Assembly: GCA_050049995.1 (NCBI GenBank)
Contig: JASFVE010000038.1
Coordinates: 1-18,385 of the forward strand
Reading direction: 5' to 3'
Origin: Chlamydiota bacterium
GTDB lineage: Bacteria > Chlamydiota > Chlamydiia > Chlamydiales > SM23-39
DNA: 18,385 bases
In this document: positions 1-6,073 of the stretch, one piece after another
Layout: every line of letters starts with the position of its first letter
How positions within the stretch are numbered: position 1 is the first letter of the stretch
The notes under the pieces: generated by a model
Seen by the model: the letters and a program-made list of their open reading frames with translations, nothing else
Databases searched by the model: none
What the model was told of the DNA's origin: nothing
Position numbers and translations under genes: made by a program

Positions 1-1
1 A

Positions 2-292
2 ATTGAGAAAATTAATCTAGCAGAAGCAGGAGAGTCGGCAATTAATAAAAAAATTGACGGAATCAAAATTTATGTAAAGCCAGATGATTCCATTGAAGTA
101 CACCAAAAGAAAATAAATTTGGATGAGCTTCTAAAAATTATGACTAATTATAAAAAACAAAACCCATCGGCCATCCCTTTTATTTTTCACGATGAAAAAG
201 CTAGCTTTGGAAAATATCAGCAAATCAAAAACCTACTTGAAAAAATAGGTTTTGATGAGATGGATATAGTTTTGTCATCACATGGAAATTAA
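2..292 (+). CDS. exbD: ExbD/TolR biopolymer-transport motor subunit, C-terminal periplasmic domain (5'-truncated by the window edge)
   Basis: Frame 2 is open from the window start to TAA at 290-292: IEKINLAEAGESAINKKIDGIKIYVKPDDSIEVHQKKINLDELLKIMTNYKKQNPSAIPFIFHDEKASFGKYQQIKNLLEKIGFDEMDIVLSSHGN*. It shows the ExbD/TolR pattern 'D..A.F/Y.....I...L..G' and lies directly upstream of tolA-like/tolB/pal. It is not in the ORF track because no start codon falls in the window. Confidence 0.85.
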   Translation: MEKINLAEAGESAINKKIDGIKIYVKPDDSIEVHQKKINLDELLKIMTNYKKQNPSAIPFIFHDEKASFGKYQQIKNLLEKIGFDEMDIVLSSHGN

Positions 293-974
293 AAGTTTAT
301 TATTTTCTACACCTCTTAGAAAAATTATCTTTTTTGTCTCATGTATTCATATAGCAATAATTTTATGTTTGACCTTCTCAAAATCACCTAAAACACGACA
401 AAAGAAAATTCTCGTAAAAACGATATATCCCCAAATAAAACAACCAGTTGTTAAACAAATAGATACACCCGTTCAAAGTGTTATTAAAAAAAAATTACAA
501 ACCACTAGCAAAAATAGCAGTCAGAAAAAGAAAAGCAATACAAAGTCAGTTTCAAAACCTACTTTTAGAAATAAAACAAGCAACTCTTTAAAATTGAATG
601 AATGTATAGATTTTTTAACAGCTAATGAGTCAGCCCCTCTTCCGACACACTCCAAAATTCCAGCAAAAATTCTAAAGCTGAAAATCGAAGAGAAAAATGA
701 GACAACCATAGATGCTCTAAAAATAAGTTATGAAAATGAAATAGCTAGTCATTTACAAAATCTTTTATCCTTGCCTGAGATAGGAAAAGTTAAGGCTGAG
801 TTGATAATCACAGCTACTGGCAAGGTTACCCACATTAAGATACTTGAATCACAAAGCAACAAAAATGAAGCTTACCTAAAAAATCAATTGCTGAAACTAA
901 ACTTTCCGTGTTTTAATGACTACAACATTGGTGATAAACAACTCACTCTTATTGTTAACTTTAATAACAAATAA
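282..974 (+). CDS. tolA: TolA/TonB-family inner-membrane energy transducer
   Basis: Single N-terminal TM with His (FFVSCIHIAIILCLTF), a Lys/Ser/Gln/Pro-rich linker, and a TonB/TolA C-domain-like end (GKVKAELIITATGKVTHIKILESQS...LNFP). It sits between exbD/tolR and tolB. Confidence 0.75.
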   Translation: MEIKSLLFSTPLRKIIFFVSCIHIAIILCLTFSKSPKTRQKKILVKTIYPQIKQPVVKQIDTPVQSVIKKKLQTTSKNSSQKKKSNTKSVSKPTFRNKTSNSLKLNECIDFLTANESAPLPTHSKIPAKILKLKIEEKNETTIDALKISYENEIASHLQNLLSLPEIGKVKAELIITATGKVTHIKILESQSNKNEAYLKNQLLKLNFPCFNDYNIGDKQLTLIVNFNNK

Positions 975-976
975 AA

Positions 977-2263
977 ATGAAAAAAGTTTTACTTATTTTA
1001 CTCCCTCTTTTTTTCTGTTTTGCTGAAAATGAAATCAGTGTCAACTTGTCTACTGACAACCATTTGACACCTATAAAAATTAAGGAAATTGAAAATAAAG
1101 ATTTTTTTTATCCACAAAGTTATTTAAACGACTTGCAAGAGGTTTTATACTTTGACTTCAATCAAAATGGAAGAAGTTATATTTCCAAGTCTAATGACTG
1201 TTTGTATGAAATTAAATTAATAGCAAGTGGTAAAAATTTAAAAGTTTCGTTCATTAACCACATCAGTAATTCTATCAACCGATATCAAGATATCTTAATT
1301 AGTGGAAAGCTTTCTAAGGACAGGCAAAAAATCCATCAAATTTCTGATGACATCTTTTTCAAAATCTTCAAAAAACATGGAATTGCCAGCACTAAAATTC
1401 TTTTTACGGAAAGAAGAAAAATACATGGTGAATGGGTTTCTGAACTATGTTTATGTGATTATGATGGGCATAATGTCATTCAATTAACAGATGACAACCA
1501 ATATAATGTTACCCCCTGCTTTCTACCTAAAGTGAATGGAAATACTTTTGAAACTTTTTTATACGTATCATTTAAGAAAGGACAGCCTAAAATTTTTAAA
1601 GGATCTATTAATGATCCAAATGGAGAGCCTCTTTTTTCTTTACCAGGCAATCAACTTCTACCTTGCGTCTCTTCTAACTGTCGAATGATAGCTTTTATTA
1701 GTGATGCAGCTGGAAGAACAGATTTATTTTTGCAACATTATAATTCAGTGGGGAAAGCTGAGGGAAAACCAATTCAACTATTTTCTTATCCAAGAGCGAT
1801 ACAAGCAACTTCGACATTTAGTCCAAACAATAAAAAAATAGCATTTGTATCTGACAAGGATGGTCCTCCAAGGATTTATCTAATGGACTTACCTTCAAAA
1901 TATTATAACAAAAGACAAAATGTAAAATTAATTACAAAACAAAACCGCCATAATACTTCACCTAATTGGTCACCAGATGGTAAAAAAATAGCTTATAGTG
2001 CTAAAGTGAACGGGATCGGCCAAATTTGGGTTTATGACATCGAAAGCGATAAAGAGTGGCAGCTAACAAGTGATGTATTTAACAAGGAAAACCCCAAATG
2101 GGCCCCTGACAGCTTTCATCTAATTTATAATACTGAGGACGGAAATCATTCAGAACTGTATATTATAAATTTGAATAACAAAGATCCCCTGCAGATTTCC
2201 AAAGGGGCTGGGCAAAAAAGATTTCCTTGCTGGGAGCCTGGAAAAACTAAGAGGACACCATGA
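977..2263 (+). CDS. tolB: Tol-Pal beta-propeller protein TolB
   Basis: Signal peptide (MKKVLLILLPLFFCFA), GIASTKILF, LCDYDGHN, and PD40-type repeats (FSPNNKKIAFVSDKDGPPRIY, PNWSPDGKKIAY, PKWAPDS). Directly upstream of pal with an ATGA overlap. Confidence 0.93.
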   Translation: MKKVLLILLPLFFCFAENEISVNLSTDNHLTPIKIKEIENKDFFYPQSYLNDLQEVLYFDFNQNGRSYISKSNDCLYEIKLIASGKNLKVSFINHISNSINRYQDILISGKLSKDRQKIHQISDDIFFKIFKKHGIASTKILFTERRKIHGEWVSELCLCDYDGHNVIQLTDDNQYNVTPCFLPKVNGNTFETFLYVSFKKGQPKIFKGSINDPNGEPLFSLPGNQLLPCVSSNCRMIAFISDAAGRTDLFLQHYNSVGKAEGKPIQLFSYPRAIQATSTFSPNNKKIAFVSDKDGPPRIYLMDLPSKYYNKRQNVKLITKQNRHNTSPNWSPDGKKIAYSAKVNGIGQIWVYDIESDKEWQLTSDVFNKENPKWAPDSFHLIYNTEDGNHSELYIINLNNKDPLQISKGAGQKRFPCWEPGKTKRTP

Positions 2264-2925
2264 GACAATTTAGTTTACTTATTTTAATTTGCATTTTATC
2301 CGTTAGCTGCCAAAAAAACAGTTCTCAAACTTGGGAAAATGTTAAAACAGCTGGAAGATATGTAAATAAAGGGCTTAATGCACTGTGGGGCAAAGATAAC
2401 GAATCACGCTTAATTACATCCGAAGAAGAATTTACAGGTCCTAGCCAAGAGGACTATATCCCACTAAAAGATGACGACTTAAAAACAACCTTTACGGCAA
2501 CAGACCAGCCAATTCCACAGTCTAACATGGCAACTGCTGCACTTCCTGAAAAAGCAAATTTTAAAAGACCAAGTGCTAAACTTGGGCACATTTTTAGAGT
2601 CATGCACTTTGATACAGATGACCACGTCATCAGAGAAAAATATGATTTAGTTTCTGTAGCTCGAATAGCAAACTATTTAAAAAAACATCAAAATGCATTT
2701 CTTCTTGTTGAAGGACATACTGACCAAAGAGCATCGGCTGATTACAATCTGGCTTTAGGAACACGAAGAGCAAACCACATAAGAGTATTACTTGCAAAAC
2801 AAGGGGTGGACCCACAAAAGATTATCACTGTTTCTTGTGGTAAAGAAAAACCTATTGCTTTTGGTAGAACTCCTCAAGATTATGCTTTAAATAGAAGGGC
2901 AGAGTTTAAGATTTTTGAAAAATGA
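2260..2925 (+). CDS. pal: Peptidoglycan-associated lipoprotein Pal (OmpA-like C-terminal domain)
   Basis: Lipobox LSVS-C17. OmpA_C motifs VMHFDTD, LVEGHTDQRASADYNLALGTRRA and LNRRAEF. Follows tolB. Confidence 0.93.
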   Translation: MRQFSLLILICILSVSCQKNSSQTWENVKTAGRYVNKGLNALWGKDNESRLITSEEEFTGPSQEDYIPLKDDDLKTTFTATDQPIPQSNMATAALPEKANFKRPSAKLGHIFRVMHFDTDDHVIREKYDLVSVARIANYLKKHQNAFLLVEGHTDQRASADYNLALGTRRANHIRVLLAKQGVDPQKIITVSCGKEKPIAFGRTPQDYALNRRAEFKIFEK

Positions 2926-3578
2926 TTAAATATAAATTAGTTTATGCTTTCAGTTTTTTGGGTTGTTTGTCTTTTTTTTCTTGCACCCCTTTAAAGTCTT
3001 CTCCAAAAGAAGAAAAACATCAAATGGAGTTGACAATCCATGAAATGCAAACAGGTATTGACGATTTAAAACACGATTACAATTCATACCAAACTGAGCT
3101 GCAAATTTTAGATAGCAAAATAAATAGTCAAAAAAATGAAATCACATTGAAACAGGAGCAGTTAGAATCTCAAACAAAAAAAATTAATATTCTAATGCAA
3201 AAAATGAGTAAGTTTGAAAACAAGCTTCAAAATCTTGAGGCAACTTTGAAAAATTGTGCTGCGGACATCCGTCAATTGAGCACCCATGCAAACGAAACAT
3301 CCCTTGCTTTTTCTCAAGTCAAAAATAAGAATGATGAGTTAGAGCGAAAAATTCTTTTGCAGGATAAAAAATTTGAAAAAATAGGAGAGCTTCGTTCAAT
3401 TATTCAATCAATTGCCTCATCTGTACAATCATTTGCTTATTATAAAGTAAAGAGAGGTGATTCTTTAGAAAAGATAGCTAAAGATCATCAAACAAGTGTA
3501 GATTATTTAAAAAAAATTAATCATTTAGAAAATGATCTAATCGTTATTGGCCAAGAATTAAAAATTCCTTCTCACTAA
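2922..3578 (+). CDS. Coiled-coil lipoprotein with C-terminal LysM peptidoglycan-binding domain
   Basis: Lipoprotein-like signal (FLGC/FFSC), a long heptad-rich helical segment, and a LysM domain (YKVKRGDSLEKIAKDHQTSVDYLKKINHLENDLIVIGQELKIP). ATGA overlap with pal. Confidence 0.88.
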   Translation: MIKYKLVYAFSFLGCLSFFSCTPLKSSPKEEKHQMELTIHEMQTGIDDLKHDYNSYQTELQILDSKINSQKNEITLKQEQLESQTKKINILMQKMSKFENKLQNLEATLKNCAADIRQLSTHANETSLAFSQVKNKNDELERKILLQDKKFEKIGELRSIIQSIASSVQSFAYYKVKRGDSLEKIAKDHQTSVDYLKKINHLENDLIVIGQELKIPSH

Positions 3579-3642
3579 ATTTTTTTATTTAAAATTAATG
3601 AATTTTTTTTTCAAACTTGCTTGAATAGACCTTTTGTATTTT

Positions 3643-3647
3643 AGGAG
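3643..3647 (+). promoter_or_regulatory. Shine-Dalgarno for the response regulator
   Basis: AGGAG 5 nt upstream of the ATG at 3653. Confidence 0.6.
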
Positions 3648-3652
3648 TATCA

Positions 3653-4342
3653 ATGACACAAAAAAAAAGGATCCTATTAATTGAAGATGAAGAAGATATT
3701 GCAGCTCTAATCAAACTACAAGCTGAAATATCTGGATATAAGCTTCATGTTGAAGTTGATGGCATTAGCGGATATAGGGCAATAGAAAATGAAAAGCCAG
3801 ACCTTGTTATATTAGATGTTATGCTTCCAGGTCAAAATGGTCTGGATGTTTGTCGAAAGGTAAAGAATAATCCCGACCTCAAATCCATTCCCGTTATCAT
3901 ACTGTCAGCAAAAGGAGAAGAGCTTGATGTTGTTTTAGGATTAGAATTAGGTGCCGATGATTATGTTCCCAAGCCTTTTTCCCCCAAAGTTTTATTTTCC
4001 AGAATCAAAGCGGTCTTAAGAAGAGGAAAAGAACCCGAGCAAATTCCTAAAAATTTAAAGTTTGGTGACTTCACATTAGAAGTAGATCGTTATGTATTAA
4101 AGAGAGGTGAAAAAGTTATTCCTCTTACACTTTCTGAGTTTGGCATATTAAGAAGGCTTTTATCCAACAAAGGCAAAGTTCTAACAAGAAACCAACTTTT
4201 AGATGACATTAATAATGATGATGCTTTTATTGTCGATAGAAACATTGACGTTCATATTGCCTCTTTAAGAAAAAAGCTTGGCCCAAAATTTGAATGGATT
4301 GAAACAGTTCGGGGCGTGGGATATAGATTTAAAGAAGAATAG
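3653..4342 (+). CDS. OmpR/PhoB-family DNA-binding response regulator (REC + winged helix), orphan in this window
   Basis: ILLIEDE, PDLVILD(55)VMLP, ILSA, LGADDYVPKPFS, LTLSEF..L, RNIDVHIASLRKKL, IETVRGVGYRF. Confidence 0.95.
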   Translation: MTQKKRILLIEDEEDIAALIKLQAEISGYKLHVEVDGISGYRAIENEKPDLVILDVMLPGQNGLDVCRKVKNNPDLKSIPVIILSAKGEELDVVLGLELGADDYVPKPFSPKVLFSRIKAVLRRGKEPEQIPKNLKFGDFTLEVDRYVLKRGEKVIPLTLSEFGILRRLLSNKGKVLTRNQLLDDINNDDAFIVDRNIDVHIASLRKKLGPKFEWIETVRGVGYRFKEE

Positions 4343-4371
4343 TTTTTGTTTTTAACTATGGACAAATTATT

Positions 4372-4400
4372 TTGCAATTCAGTATCTGAATTAGTAATAA
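4372..4400 (+). promoter_or_regulatory. Possible sigma70/sigma66-type promoter for the glycine-zipper lipoprotein
   Basis: TTGCAA (4372-4377), 17-nt spacer, TAATAA (4395-4400), upstream of SD AAGGA (4414-4418). The AT-rich background weakens the call. Confidence 0.35.
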
Positions 4401-4426
4401 TGAACCGTAATAAAAGGATGTTTTTT

Positions 4427-4867
4427 ATGAGCTCTAAGTGTATTACCCCTATTATTCTTTGCATGCTAAGTTTTAGCTGCGCGAGCAAAACAGCTTCAGG
4501 AGCTTTGGTTGGCGGTGGTCTTGGAGCTGCTACTGGTGGAATTGTTGGCGGTGGAAAAGGTGCCTTAATTGGTGGCGCAGTCGGTGTAATTGCTGGTGGC
4601 TTGGTTGGTGCAGCATTAGATGAGCAGGATAGAAGAATAATGGAGCAGAGATCCCCTTCTACAGTTAGTCGGATGGATGAAGGGCGTCCCCTTACAATTA
4701 ACGATGTCATTCAACTCTCTGAAGGAGGTGTAAGCGATGAGACTATCCTTGGATATATGAGACAAACCGGGGCTAGATACAAGCTTAACCAATCCCAAAT
4801 TAGAAGAATGCAAAATGCAGGAGTTAGCCAAAGAGTAATCAACTACATGATTGACACCGGTTATTAA
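4427..4867 (+). CDS. Glycine-zipper lipoprotein
   Basis: Start moved from the ORF-track TTG at 4346 to the ATG at 4427, which has SD AAGGA 8 nt upstream and gives the signal MSSKCITPIILCMLSFS-C. GxxxG zipper GALVGGGLGAATGGIVGGGKGALIGGAVGVIAGGLVG, followed by a helical C-terminal domain. Confidence 0.8.
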   Translation: MSSKCITPIILCMLSFSCASKTASGALVGGGLGAATGGIVGGGKGALIGGAVGVIAGGLVGAALDEQDRRIMEQRSPSTVSRMDEGRPLTINDVIQLSEGGVSDETILGYMRQTGARYKLNQSQIRRMQNAGVSQRVINYMIDTGY

Positions 4868-4883
4868 AAATATTTTTTTACGC

Positions 4884-4913
4884 TTGCTCTGAAAAAAATA
4901 AAGTAGTTAAAAT
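4884..4913 (+). promoter_or_regulatory. Possible sigma70/sigma66-type promoter for the TPR membrane protein
   Basis: TTGCTC (4884-4889), 18-nt spacer, TAAAAT (4908-4913), 29 nt before the ATG at 4943. Confidence 0.3.
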
Positions 4914-4942
4914 TTAATTTCTGGTCTCAAAACAAACGTCCA

Positions 4943-5986
4943 ATGGCAATTAAATTAGAAAAAAGTGATTCCTTTGACTTTAATGTCTTCCAGCAAAACC
5001 TGCATCAACATTATCGAAAGCTTTTACACTCCTTTAAAAAAATCCTTCGATCATACGTCAAATTTAATCTGTTTTTTTCATTTTTATTTGTCATTGAAAT
5101 AATTACTTTTTTTATTTGCTTAACATCCACAATTTACCTAGCTTTTTCATTAGGCAGCTTATTTCTTACAACTTTTTCGTACTTTGTGATTCTTTTTTAC
5201 TTCCAAGCAAAAAAGCCTGAACAGATTCAGCAAATAAAAAATCAATTTATCGATTCCTGTAAACAGCTAGTTACAGCCCCTAAAGGGCACCCTGACCATC
5301 ATTTATCTATAGCTCACGCAGCACTTAGGCTAGTAAGTTATTTACATGGTTTTGAGTGGAATTTATACCATCCTCCAAAGTTACTTCATGCGACACTTCC
5401 CTTTTTTGAAAAAATGAGTGTTTATTTTCACTGGAAAGACGTTCATAAAATGAAGGAAATGCTTTTACAATCGGCTATTGAAGAGCACATTAATCAAATT
5501 CGATTTACTCCAACAAACTTAGAGGTACATACTTCTTTGGCTAATAGTTACGTTTCTCTGTCCAAGCTCTACTTAAATCCACAAAAATACCCCCATCAAT
5601 ATTTACTCCAAAGGCAAGTTCAAAAGCTTATTCCTATTTTTCAGGAAAAATTTAAAATAGCCTCTACAAGAGCTATAGAAGAGTTTAAAATCATCAACAA
5701 CTATGCGCCGGATGACCCTTGGGTCCATCTTCAGCTGGCTAAAAGCTATAGCGACTTACAAATGCCGGAAAATGAAGTCAGTGAATATGAAACTGTTTTA
5801 AAGCTGAAGCCTGATGACAAAGATATACTGTTTCGATTAGGTGTTCTTTATTTTGAGCAAGGATTGAATGCCAAGGGACTAAAAGTATATGAAAGTTTAA
5901 AGAAAGCCAACTATCAAAAAGCAGAAAGTCTAATTCGCTTTTTTGGCTGCTTCAATGATCAAACTTTATTTGAAGATACGTTTTAA
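4943..5986 (+). CDS. Membrane protein with two adjacent TM helices and C-terminal TPR repeats
   Basis: Hydrophobic stretch at aa 41-87. TPR-like motifs PTNLEVHTSLANSY, PDDPWVHLQLAKSY and PDDKDILFRLGVLYFEQG. Confidence 0.8.
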   Translation: MAIKLEKSDSFDFNVFQQNLHQHYRKLLHSFKKILRSYVKFNLFFSFLFVIEIITFFICLTSTIYLAFSLGSLFLTTFSYFVILFYFQAKKPEQIQQIKNQFIDSCKQLVTAPKGHPDHHLSIAHAALRLVSYLHGFEWNLYHPPKLLHATLPFFEKMSVYFHWKDVHKMKEMLLQSAIEEHINQIRFTPTNLEVHTSLANSYVSLSKLYLNPQKYPHQYLLQRQVQKLIPIFQEKFKIASTRAIEEFKIINNYAPDDPWVHLQLAKSYSDLQMPENEVSEYETVLKLKPDDKDILFRLGVLYFEQGLNAKGLKVYESLKKANYQKAESLIRFFGCFNDQTLFEDTF

Positions 5987-6018
5987 AATTTTTTTAATTT
6001 CAATTTTCGTCAGTTAAT

Positions 6019-6047
6019 TTGGAGAAATAATCTTGCATCGGTATAAT
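6019..6047 (+). promoter_or_regulatory. Sigma70/sigma66-type promoter for the TPR-vWA-rsmD-coaD unit
   Basis: TTGGAG (6019-6024), 17-nt spacer, perfect TATAAT (6042-6047). SD-like AGGT at 6064-6067 before the ATG at 6074. Confidence 0.55.
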
Positions 6048-6073
6048 TGTCGGCTTAGATTATAGGTAAACCC

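Noticed and set aside
3591..3611. AAAATT-AATG-AATTTT hairpin followed by a T run after the LysM gene
   Set aside because: The 6-bp stem is A/T only and too weak to call as an intrinsic terminator.
3660..3668. A9 run at the 5' end of the response regulator as a phase-variation tract
   Set aside because: A/T runs of 8-9 nt are common here (e.g. 486-494, 3603-3611, 16058-16066), as expected for AT-rich DNA, and the frame is intact.
4346..4426. ORF-track N-terminal extension of the glycine-zipper gene
   Set aside because: The ATG at 4427 has an SD and yields a proper lipoprotein signal. The extension contains a promoter-like sequence.
4343..4426. Pho-box-like direct repeats downstream of the PhoB-like regulator
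   Set aside because: I could not see a convincing 11-bp-period direct repeat.
4252..4710. 152-aa Pro/Ala-rich ORF on the minus strand
   Set aside because: It is the antisense shadow of the GGN/GCN codons of the glycine-zipper gene and overlaps two well-supported genes.
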